A stretch of 64,000 nt of DNA, from contig OY970306.1 of assembly GCA_963716375.1 (NCBI GenBank), positions 2,296,477-2,360,476 of the forward strand. Direction: 5' to 3'. The position numbers were made by a program, and so were the translations under genes. Positions 37,720 through 46,094 of the stretch are shown one piece after another. Each line of letters begins with the position of its first letter. Position 1 is the stretch's first letter. Below the pieces are notes generated by a model. The model was given only the letters and a program-made list of their open reading frames with translations, did not search any database and was not told the origin of the DNA. Source of the DNA: an uncultured Chloroflexia bacterium. GTDB lineage: Bacteria > Chloroflexota > Limnocylindria > Limnocylindrales > CSP1-4.

Positions 37720-38595
37720 GTGCCGCCCATCGTCCTGCTGATGATCGCCCTCGCGGCGCTCATGCATGCCGCCTGGAACGTCCTCCTCAAGACGTCCGGC
37801 GATCCGCTGCTGACGTCCGGCCGGGCGATGATCGCCGCGACGTCGATCGGCTTTCCGCTGGCGGTCATCGGCTGGTTCGCGACCGGCCAGCCGGCCATCC
37901 CACCGGAAGCGTGGCTCCTGGGTGTCATCTCGGGGCTCCTCGAGATCGCCTACTTCATCCTGCTGGCCGCGGCCTATCGGCGCGGTGAGCTGTCGGTCGT
38001 CTACCCCATCGCGCGCGGGACCGCGCCGCTGCTGGCGGTGATCGCCGGGGTCGTCATCCTGGGCGAGCGACTGGGCCCGATGGGCTCGGTCGGGGTGATC
38101 TGCCTGCTCGGCGGACTCCTCCTCGTGCAGCGTCCATGGCGGTTCCTGCGGGGCGGCCCGATGGTCGAGGCGGCCGTCCCGTTCGCGATCGCCTGCGGGT
38201 TCTCGATCGCGGCCTACTCGACCGTCGATTCCGTCGGCGCGCGATCGGTCGCCCCGTGGCTGTTCGCGGCGATCCTGTTTCCCGTCACGGCCGTCGGCCT
38301 CGCGATCTGGATCCGGATCGTCGGCGTGGCCGACCCGCGGGCGACGACTCCGACCTGGGGCCGTTCGGCGGCGGCCGGGTTGCTCGCAATCGGGGCCTAT
38401 CTGCTGGTGCTGGCCGCCTATGCGATCGCGCCACTCTCGGCAGTGGCGCCACTGCGCGAGTCGGCCGTGGTGCTCGTCACGGGCTGGGGCACGCTTCGGC
38501 TCGGCGAGGCAGCCGGTCGGCCAGACGCTGTCCGCAAGATCGGGGGCGCGGCGATCATCGTCGCCGGGGCGCTGCTGCTCGCACTCGAGGGTTGA
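37720..38595 (+). CDS. DMT-superfamily (EamA-like) transporter
   Basis: 291 aa with 10 TM segments. GTG start with AGGAG 5 nt upstream. Confidence 0.75.
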   Translation: MPPIVLLMIALAALMHAAWNVLLKTSGDPLLTSGRAMIAATSIGFPLAVIGWFATGQPAIPPEAWLLGVISGLLEIAYFILLAAAYRRGELSVVYPIARGTAPLLAVIAGVVILGERLGPMGSVGVICLLGGLLLVQRPWRFLRGGPMVEAAVPFAIACGFSIAAYSTVDSVGARSVAPWLFAAILFPVTAVGLAIWIRIVGVADPRATTPTWGRSAAAGLLAIGAYLLVLAAYAIAPLSAVAPLRESAVVLVTGWGTLRLGEAAGRPDAVRKIGGAAIIVAGALLLALEG

Positions 38596-38727
38596 GCGGG
38601 CCCGTCGGGGCCCGGCCGCATGTCGTCGCCGCGTGTCGTCGCCGCGTGTCTCTCGCGTCCGGCGGCGCCACGAGTCCGCGACGCGAATCCGCGCCGCGCT
38701 GCCACTCGGCGTCGGGCACCGCATCTG

Positions 38728-39258
38728 CTACGAGAGGCGCGACTCCCGCGGCCGCTGCTGGCTCCGGGTCCAGTCGTCCTCGGCGATCTCCTTCACGGCG
38801 CGGAGATGCGCCTCCGCCCGATCGGCGACCGAGTCGCGGCCGAGCCGGACCAGCAGGCTGGCCACTCGATCGCCGGTCTGGAACGTCGCCACGTGGACGA
38901 CCCGCGTGCCGCCCGCCCGTGGTTCGAGCCGCCAGCACCACTCCTCGCCGAAGGTCGGAGCGCTGATCCGGAGCCGGAACGTGGACGACGGCCGCGCTTC
39001 GAGGCTCTCGAGCGTCGCCTCGCTGCGGAGGAGTCCGAGGCGCACGCGTCCACGGCGGCAGGCCGAGGCGGCCGGCCAGGCGGGTTCGGCGGGGCCAAGC
39101 GTCAGCTCCGGGAAGAGGCGGGCCACGTTCGCCGGGTCGCCGAGGGTCGCGAACACGATCCGCGGCGGCGCGTTCACGAAGACGCGCCGCTCCACGTGCA
39201 GCGGGCTTGGCTGCCGGGGGACGGAGCTGCGTTCCGAGCGAAGAGGTCCGATGGCCAT
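38728..39258 (-). CDS. SRPBCC-superfamily (START/polyketide-cyclase-like fold) protein
   Basis: 176 aa. HVERRVFVNAPPRIVFATLGDPANVARLFPE is the typical N-terminal strand-helix of this fold. It starts 1 nt after the upstream gene's stop. Confidence 0.65.
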   Translation of the reverse strand: MAIGPLRSERSSVPRQPSPLHVERRVFVNAPPRIVFATLGDPANVARLFPELTLGPAEPAWPAASACRRGRVRLGLLRSEATLESLEARPSSTFRLRISAPTFGEEWCWRLEPRAGGTRVVHVATFQTGDRVASLLVRLGRDSVADRAEAHLRAVKEIAEDDWTRSQQRPRESRLS

Positions 39259-39259
39259 G

Positions 39260-40351
39260 TCAGCGCCCGACCGGATGCCAGACGGTCTTCATCTCGAGGA
39301 AGGCGGCGATCCATTCGGGCCGCTGCGCCTGCCGGTCATCGGCCCAGTCGAAGCGGGCGTCGGCCATGCCCGCCGGCCGCTTCGCGAGGCGCTTCACGCT
39401 GTCGGCCGCTGCGGCCTCGGTCGCCTGGCGCATCTCGGGCGGAACACCCCACGTATCCAGCGCGTCCACGTCGGCGTGGGCGGCGAGGACCGGCACGAGC
39501 TCTCGCCGCAACCCGGTCAGGACGTTCACGACACCGGCCGGCACGTCGGACGTGGCGAGCACCTCGGTCAGGGTCACGGCGGGCAGCGGGCGCTGCTCCG
39601 ACGCGATGACGACGGCCACGTTGCCGGTCAGCAGGACCGGCGCGAGGCGCGAAACGAGCCCCAGCAGCGACGAGGATTCGGGGGCCACGAGGCCGACCAC
39701 GCCGGTCGGCTCGGGGAAGGTGAAGTTGAAGTACGGCGCACCGACCGGATTGACCGAGCCGAGCACCTGGCTGACCTTGTCGGCCCAGCCGGCGTACCAG
39801 ACCCAGCGGTCGATGGACAGCTCCACGACGACCCGCGCCGCTTCGGACGTCAGTCCCTCAGCCTGACCGACCTCGTCGACGAACTGGGCGCGGCGTCCCT
39901 CGAGCAGCTCCGCCACCCGATACAGGACCTGGCCCCGATTCATCGCGGTCTTGTCGGCCCAGCCGGCGAACGCGCCGCGGGCGATGCGCACCGAATCCCG
40001 CAGGTCCTTCCGCGAGGCGCGGCTGGCGTTCGCGAGCGGCGTGCCATCCGCACCGGCAACGAGGTAGGTCCGGCCCGATTCGGAGCGCGGGAAGGCGCCG
40101 CCGATGTACAGCTTGTAGGTCTTGCGGACCTCGAGACGATCGGGCCCGGTCTCGATCGCGGCGACGGCGCGGCCTGCGGCGGCCCGTTTCGACACGGCCG
40201 CGGCTGGGACCCTGGCCGCGGCTGGGACCCTTGCGCCGTTCGCGGCGGCGGCAGGGACCTTCGCACCTTTGCCGGCGGGCTCCGTGGCGGCGGCCCCCTT
40301 TGCGGCCGCAGCCCGAGCAGCGGACCCGTTCGTTCGATCGCCGGCGGCCAT
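39260..40351 (-). CDS. aldehyde-dehydrogenase-like protein lacking the catalytic domain (half-ALDH)
   Basis: 363 aa, part of the listed 39260..41320 ORF. After an Ala/Lys-rich N-terminus it aligns with the ALDH N-terminal/NAD domain (YKLYIGGAF, WYAGWADK, EPTGVVGLVAPESSS, VLLTGNVAVVIASE, PAGVVNVLTG). It stops before the ELGGK/catalytic-Cys region. Its ATG overlaps the stop of the full ALDH (ATGA). Confidence 0.7.
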   Translation of the reverse strand: MAAGDRTNGSAARAAAAKGAAATEPAGKGAKVPAAAANGARVPAAARVPAAAVSKRAAAGRAVAAIETGPDRLEVRKTYKLYIGGAFPRSESGRTYLVAGADGTPLANASRASRKDLRDSVRIARGAFAGWADKTAMNRGQVLYRVAELLEGRRAQFVDEVGQAEGLTSEAARVVVELSIDRWVWYAGWADKVSQVLGSVNPVGAPYFNFTFPEPTGVVGLVAPESSSLLGLVSRLAPVLLTGNVAVVIASEQRPLPAVTLTEVLATSDVPAGVVNVLTGLRRELVPVLAAHADVDALDTWGVPPEMRQATEAAAADSVKRLAKRPAGMADARFDWADDRQAQRPEWIAAFLEMKTVWHPVGR

Positions 40352-41859
40352 CAGCGATCCTCCAGCCGGACGTACGCGTGCAGGCCGTGCATGCCGCCTT
40401 CGCGTCCGAAGCCGGATTCGCGGTAGCCCCCGAACGGGCTCGTCGGGTCGAACCGGTTGAACGTGTTCGCCCAGATCACGCCGGCGCGGAGCTTGCGCGT
40501 CATGGACAGGATCCGGCTCCCCTTCTCCGTCCAGACGCCCGCCGAGAGGCCGTAGGCCGTGTTGTTCGCCTTCTCGATGGCCTCCTCCGGCGTCCGGAAG
40601 GTCAGCGTCGAGAGGACCGGCCCGAAGATCTCCTCGCGGGCGATTCGATGGCTCTGCGCGACGTTCGTGAACAGCGTCGGCCGGAAATAGAAGCCGCGCT
40701 CCGGCAGGTCGCAGGCCGGCTGGTACAGGTCGGCGCCCTCGGCCGAGCCGGCCGCCACGAGCTCGGTGATCTTGTCCAGCTGCGCGCGGCTGTTGATCGC
40801 GCCGACGTCGGTGTTCTTGTCGAGCGGATCGCCGACCCGGATCGTGGCAAGGCGATCCTTCAGCTTGGCGATGACCTCGTCGGCAATCGATTCCTGGACC
40901 AGCAGCCGCGATCCGGCGCAGCAGACCTCGCCCTGGTTGAAGTAGATCCCGTTGACGATGCCCTCGATGGCCTGGTCGAGCGGTGCGTCGTCGAAGACGA
41001 TATTGGCGGCCTTGCCGCCGAGCTCGAGCGTGAGGGCCTTGTCGGTGCCGGCCACGCCGACGGCGATCCGCTTGCCGATCTCGGTCGAGCCGGTGAACGC
41101 GATCTTGTCGACACCCGGGTGGCGGACCAGGGCCATCCCCATCTCGCCGGGCCCCGGGACGATGTTGACGACGCCTGGCGGCAGGTCGGCCTCGCGGCAC
41201 AGTTCTGCGAAGAGCAGTGCCGTCAGCGGCGTGGTCGAGGCCGGCTTCAGGACGACCGTGTTGCCCGCGGCCAGGGCCGGGGCGATCTTCCAGGCGAGCA
41301 TCAGCAGCGGGAAGTTCCACGGGATGATCTGCCCGGCGACACCGAGGGGCCGGGCGATCCGGCCCGGGAACGCGTACTCGAGCTTGTCGGCCCAGCCCGC
41401 GTAGTACCAGAAGTGTGCCGCGGCGAGCGGGACGTCGACGTCGCGTGATTCCTTGATCGGCTTGCCCGAATCCATCGATTCGAGGACGGCGAACTCCCGG
41501 CTGCGCTCCTGGAGCAACCGTGCGATCCGGAACAGGTACTTGGCGCGCTCCCGGCCAGGCAGGTCGCCCCAGCGCCGGCGAAACGCGGTCCGGGCCGCCC
41601 GAACGGCGCGATCGACGTCCGCCGCGCCGCCCTTGCTGACGGTGGTCAGGACCTCCTCGGTCGAGGGGTCGATGTCGATGAATGTCGCGCCGTCAGCGGC
41701 CGGGCTCTCGCGGCCGTTGATGAAGAGGCCGTAGTGCGGGCGGAGCTTGACGATCTCTCGCGACTCGGGCGCGGGGGCGTATTCCCAGGGGATCGCCTGG
41801 CCGTCGCCGAGGCCCCAGGACGAGGGCGCGGCAGGCATCGGCAGGCGCGAGGTGGTCAC
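40351..41859 (-). CDS. NAD(P)-dependent aldehyde dehydrogenase
   Basis: 502 aa: IIPWNFPLLM, VVLKPASTTPLTA, FTGSTEIG, LELGGKA, catalytic Cys in GEVCCAGSRLLV, and EEIFGPV. Confidence 0.92.
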   Translation of the reverse strand: MTTSRLPMPAAPSSWGLGDGQAIPWEYAPAPESREIVKLRPHYGLFINGRESPAADGATFIDIDPSTEEVLTTVSKGGAADVDRAVRAARTAFRRRWGDLPGRERAKYLFRIARLLQERSREFAVLESMDSGKPIKESRDVDVPLAAAHFWYYAGWADKLEYAFPGRIARPLGVAGQIIPWNFPLLMLAWKIAPALAAGNTVVLKPASTTPLTALLFAELCREADLPPGVVNIVPGPGEMGMALVRHPGVDKIAFTGSTEIGKRIAVGVAGTDKALTLELGGKAANIVFDDAPLDQAIEGIVNGIYFNQGEVCCAGSRLLVQESIADEVIAKLKDRLATIRVGDPLDKNTDVGAINSRAQLDKITELVAAGSAEGADLYQPACDLPERGFYFRPTLFTNVAQSHRIAREEIFGPVLSTLTFRTPEEAIEKANNTAYGLSAGVWTEKGSRILSMTRKLRAGVIWANTFNRFDPTSPFGGYRESGFGREGGMHGLHAYVRLEDR

Positions 41860-41986
41860 GAACGAACCCCGTGGAGGCGATCGAGTGGCGGGCCGCTGCT
41901 CATCGTCCGGGCATTATCGCACCGGCCGCCGCGGGTCCCGTTCGGGCTCGCTGAGAGGCGTCCGGCTCGGGCCGGCACGACGGCCT

Positions 41987-44809
41987 TCAACGCAGCAGCG
42001 CGAACCCGTCCAGGTTGACTCTCGGCCGGCCGGGCGTGCCGACCACGGTGAGGACGACCGTATGGCCGGCCGATGCCGAGAGGTTGCGGACGAAGATCAG
42101 CTGCCGGGATTCGGCCGCGCGCGATGCCAGGTCGAACCGCCCGAGCGACCGGCCGTCGAGCGAGACGTCTACCTGGCCGAACTTCGGTCCGGTCGGCGCA
42201 ACGACCCCGAAGGATCGGCCGGTGAAGGTCAGCGTTGCCGTCGATCCGACGGCCGTGGCCGTCCGGACGCGACCGTCGAGCGCCGTCTTGTCCTTGACCG
42301 AGGTCCAGCCGGCACTGAACGCGATCTGCGTCGAGCGGTCATCGATCAGGCTCAGCTTGACTGGCAGGCCGCGAATCCCGTCGGCGGTGTTGCCCGCACC
42401 GTCCATGGCCGTGACCTCGAATTCGTAGACCGCCCCGGCGGGCACCGCGATCGCCGCGGTCCGCGCGCTCGCCGGCACGGAGATCGAGTCATAGGCCTCG
42501 CCGTCCTGGAACGCCGTCACGTTGTAGCTCGAGATGCTGCTGCGCGAATCGGTCGCGCCGGTCCAGCTGACCTCGAGCGGGACCGCGGAGCCCTGGAGCG
42601 CCGTCGCCGGGAGCCTCGGCTGCGTCGGCCGCGTCGAGGTCGGGGGCGTCGTGTCGAGGATGATGGAGTCGGTGCTGAGCGCGGACCAGTGACCCGCGCC
42701 ATCGCCCCACTGGATGTAGACGCGGTGGAGGCCGTCGCCGGCCCGGCCGCCGAACTCGGGATCGGTCAGCGACCACGGCGCCGCGTCAGCGACGGGCAGG
42801 GTCCGGCCGAGGCGCAGCACGCCGTTCGCGTCCACGTCGGGCCGGTTCGAGGCCCGGACCACGGTCACCGCGACCTTGGGCGGACTGACGAGATCGAGCA
42901 GGACGAACGGATCGTCCACGAACGTGTCATCGCCTTCGATCGTCATCGTGCCTTCGAGTGCACCCGGATCGGCCGGACTGAGCCGGGAGACCCAGGTCAG
43001 CCAGCTGCCGTTCGGGGCCGGGACTTCGTCGGCCTGCCAGATCGAGGACGGGTTGACGGGATCGGCGGCGAGCACGTTCCAATCGCCCCAGCGCGTCCCG
43101 TCGTACGTGCCGAAGCCGGGCGTGATCAGGGCGGGCGGTCCAAACGTGGCTGAGGCGGGCGATCGGTAGGTCGCCCAGTTCGAGATCCCGGACGTCGGCG
43201 ACGACCGCGAGTACTCGACCCAGGTCGTTCCGTCCGTGGCCCGACCGACGCCGCCCATGAAGAGGTCGAACCCCTTCTGGCTGAACGTGGTGTCCGACAG
43301 GACGGTCGGCACGGCGCCGTCACTCAGCTCCGTGACCCGGACGCAGGTCCGGTCCGCGTTGTCGCCAGCCGGCCGGCACGAGACGCTGGCGACCGTGAAC
43401 ACGCGTCCGGGACCGCTGATCGCATCGGTCGGGCCGTTGTCGACGGCCGTGGCGATCGTCGGCGGATCGCCCGGCTGGTGGGGCTGCGGGGGGTCGGACC
43501 AGGCCGCAATCCCCTGCGTCACCGTGACATTGATCGGGGCGGCAACGGTCACGTTCCCGGCGGCATTGCTGCCGGTCACGGTGCTGAAGCCGATGTCGGC
43601 CGTGGTGTCCGAGTCGTTCTGGATGGCGACGACGGCATGGCCGATCGCCTGGCTTCCGGATGAGGCGGACGGCCGCCAGGTCGCGAGGGTCGGATCGGCG
43701 TCCGTGGTGGTGACGGACAGGCTCGCTGCGCCGGCGTAGAGCTGCGCCCAATCCAGCACGACCATGCTCGAGCCCGCGAAGTCGCTGGCGTCCATGCAGC
43801 CGGTCGTGCCGGGCGGCGAGACGAAGACGTTGACCCCGACCATGACCAGCGAATCCGTCGTGCCCATGCCCGGGTAGTCGATCATCTTGCCGGGGTAGAC
43901 GAGGCGGTAGACGTTCCAGACGCCGAGTGGGTCGTCGGTCGCCGAGACGGCAACATTCAGGAAGCTGTGGCTGCAGTCCCAGCTGATCTCAGCAGCGACC
44001 CAGCGATCGTGGAGCGTGTCCTTCAGGACGTGGGGATCGGCCTCCTGCTCGGCATTGCTGAGCTGGAAGAACGACGGCAGGTCGATGACCTCCTGGTCCC
44101 CACTGCTGCGGTCGGTGACGAGCAGCAGCTCATTGACCGACTGGACCGACCAGGCGGTATCGACCGCGATGCCCGGATCGGGCGGCTCTTCGCACAGCTC
44201 GCTCGGGTCGCAGAACAGGTAGAGCTGCGAATCGTCGGCGTCGCTGATGCCGAAGAAGCCTTCGTCGGACCGGATCCGGGGCAGGTCACCGGGGGTTGCC
44301 GCGGCCGCCTGGGCGGTCGTGGTGGCGGTCGTGGGGCGGCTGGCGGACGTGGCGCGGTCCGAGGTCGTGGTGGTGCGGCTGGCGGACGCGGTGCGGCTGG
44401 CCGCCGCGGTCCCGCCCATCGCGAACGGAACGTGCGGCAGAGCCCGACGCGCGAGCGGTCGAGAGGTGGCGCCGGTGCGCGGGGCTTCGGGGATCGTGAG
44501 GCGCTCGGAAAGCGGATCGGAGCCGGCCGTGCCCGCGCCGCTCGGCGATGTCCGCCCGACCGTGAGCGCGCGAGCCGAGTGGCGGACCACCCGGGGCACC
44601 GTAGTGTGGCTGACCGGCAGGGCCTGGGCGCGCGAGCCCGTCAGCGCGGCCGCGGCAGTGGCAGTGGCAGCCGAGGGGTCCGTTGCGGCCGTCGTTCCGG
44701 TCGCGCCGATGTCGGCTGTGCCGGATGGGCCGGCCGTGGCCCCCTGCACCGCGCTCACGACGAGAACGAGCGCTGCAGCGATCGAGAGGAAGGGGCGCCG
44801 AGTGCCCAT
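41987..44809 (-). CDS. large secreted protein of unknown function (signal peptide, T/A/S-rich linker, unknown central domain, FN3-like and jelly-roll-like C-terminal domains)
   Basis: 940 aa from MGTRRPFLSIAAALVLVVSAVQGATAG, the internal Met of the listed 1170-aa ORF. The central ~500 aa have no motif I recognise. The C-terminus has an FN3-like segment (LEVSWTGATDSRSSISSYNV...YEFEVTAMDGAGN) and a terminal beta-sandwich-like module ending VNLDGFALLR. Confidence 0.7.
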   Translation of the reverse strand: MGTRRPFLSIAAALVLVVSAVQGATAGPSGTADIGATGTTAATDPSAATATAAAALTGSRAQALPVSHTTVPRVVRHSARALTVGRTSPSGAGTAGSDPLSERLTIPEAPRTGATSRPLARRALPHVPFAMGGTAAASRTASASRTTTTSDRATSASRPTTATTTAQAAAATPGDLPRIRSDEGFFGISDADDSQLYLFCDPSELCEEPPDPGIAVDTAWSVQSVNELLLVTDRSSGDQEVIDLPSFFQLSNAEQEADPHVLKDTLHDRWVAAEISWDCSHSFLNVAVSATDDPLGVWNVYRLVYPGKMIDYPGMGTTDSLVMVGVNVFVSPPGTTGCMDASDFAGSSMVVLDWAQLYAGAASLSVTTTDADPTLATWRPSASSGSQAIGHAVVAIQNDSDTTADIGFSTVTGSNAAGNVTVAAPINVTVTQGIAAWSDPPQPHQPGDPPTIATAVDNGPTDAISGPGRVFTVASVSCRPAGDNADRTCVRVTELSDGAVPTVLSDTTFSQKGFDLFMGGVGRATDGTTWVEYSRSSPTSGISNWATYRSPASATFGPPALITPGFGTYDGTRWGDWNVLAADPVNPSSIWQADEVPAPNGSWLTWVSRLSPADPGALEGTMTIEGDDTFVDDPFVLLDLVSPPKVAVTVVRASNRPDVDANGVLRLGRTLPVADAAPWSLTDPEFGGRAGDGLHRVYIQWGDGAGHWSALSTDSIILDTTPPTSTRPTQPRLPATALQGSAVPLEVSWTGATDSRSSISSYNVTAFQDGEAYDSISVPASARTAAIAVPAGAVYEFEVTAMDGAGNTADGIRGLPVKLSLIDDRSTQIAFSAGWTSVKDKTALDGRVRTATAVGSTATLTFTGRSFGVVAPTGPKFGQVDVSLDGRSLGRFDLASRAAESRQLIFVRNLSASAGHTVVLTVVGTPGRPRVNLDGFALLR

Positions 44810-45111
44810 GCGTGCCCTCACACCCACCCCCAGACGGAGTCGATCACGGCGCGCATCTGCCGTCGCCCGCGTGCGTGGATCATAGGTCACCGGGCCGCGC
44901 CCCCCATCACGGATCGATGCCGCCGAATGGCCGCGTCGCCGGGCACGTCCCTCGATTTCCCGCCGCACGTCGCCAGCCACGCTCCCCAGCCCTCTGAGCG
45001 AGCCGTGACCTCGATCGGGCTGGACAAGTGACGCCGCCAGTTGGCGACGTCCCCAGGATCTGGACCGCCCGACGGGATCTGCCAGCGGCGCCAGGCGATG
45101 CCTCGGCCGCA

Positions 45112-45265
45112 AAGGACGACGACTGCGCGGGCCCGGGCGTCGGTTCGGCTTCGGCCGGCCACCGGGAACGAGATCCGTGCCTCCAGCGCGGCCGCCCCGA
45201 GCGACCTGCCCCGGCCCCGTCTCCTGTAGCCTTGCGCGCACGCCCGGTCGCCGAATCGGCCCATT
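45112..45265 (+). repeat. intergenic repeat family, copy 4 (core + tail)
   Basis: The core reads AAGGACGACGACTGCGCGGGCCCGGGCGTCGGTTCGGCTTCGGCC...GGGAACGAGATCCGTGCCTCCAGCGCGGCCGCC. A degenerate tail follows (...CTGCC...TAGCC...GCCGAATCGG). It lies in the 490-nt spacer upstream of the methyltransferase gene. Confidence 0.75.
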
Positions 45266-45299
45266 CGGCGTCCCGGCTGTCTCGAGGACGCGCGCCCGC

Positions 45300-46094
45300 A
45301 TGGATCGACTGGCCCACACGCTGGAGCTCCTCGATGGTCCGCTCGAGCCCGACACCCTCGCGGGCAACCTGCGCGACCTCGCCCGAATCAACCGCTGGCT
45401 CGGTGGGGCGAGCTTGAGCCGGCACGCGCTCGAGCGCCTGTCCTGGTCCGGTGGACCCCGGCTGGATCTGCTCGATGTCGGAACCGGCGGCGCTGACATC
45501 CCGCTTCGCCTGCTCGAATCGTGGTCGGGCTCGACCGGTCTGACCGTCGTCGCCGTGGACAGCCGACCGGAGGTGATCGATGCCGCGCGACGCGTCCACC
45601 CGGGGATCGACAGGACGACGGGTCTTCGACTCGAGGTCGCCGATGGAGCGGCGCTGCCGTTTTCCGACGGGCAGTTCGACGTCGTCCACGCCTCGATGGT
45701 GCTGCATCACCTCGAACCAGGCGAAGCCGTCGCCATGCTGCGCGAACTGCGGCGTGTCGCCCGCCGGGCCATCGTGATCAACGACCTGCAGCGCGCCCGG
45801 ATCCACTGGCTGGGGGCGTGGCTGATGGGCCACCTGCTGACGCGGAACGCCTACACGCGCAATGACGCACCGCTGTCGGTGCGGCGCGCCTACACGGCCC
45901 GGGAGATGAGTCGCCTGCTGGTCGAGGCGGGTCTTCGGCCGAGATCGATCGAGCGGGGCTTCCTCGGCCACCGCTGGGCGATCCTGGCCGAGGTGCCGGA
46001 CGCGGCCGGTGGCGCGGCCGGCGTTGGCGGCGCCACGGTCGGCGTTGGTGGCGCCACGGCCTCAGCCGCCCCGCCGCCCGGCGCTGCCTCGTGA
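45300..46094 (+). CDS. class I SAM-dependent methyltransferase
   Basis: 264 aa from the internal Met MDRLAHTLE. Motif I is LLDVGTGGADIP; motif II/III is FDVVHASMVLHHL. The C-terminus is a Gly/Ala/Val tail made by a 21-nt x2 repeat. Confidence 0.85.
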   Translation: MDRLAHTLELLDGPLEPDTLAGNLRDLARINRWLGGASLSRHALERLSWSGGPRLDLLDVGTGGADIPLRLLESWSGSTGLTVVAVDSRPEVIDAARRVHPGIDRTTGLRLEVADGAALPFSDGQFDVVHASMVLHHLEPGEAVAMLRELRRVARRAIVINDLQRARIHWLGAWLMGHLLTRNAYTRNDAPLSVRRAYTAREMSRLLVEAGLRPRSIERGFLGHRWAILAEVPDAAGGAAGVGGATVGVGGATASAAPPPGAAS

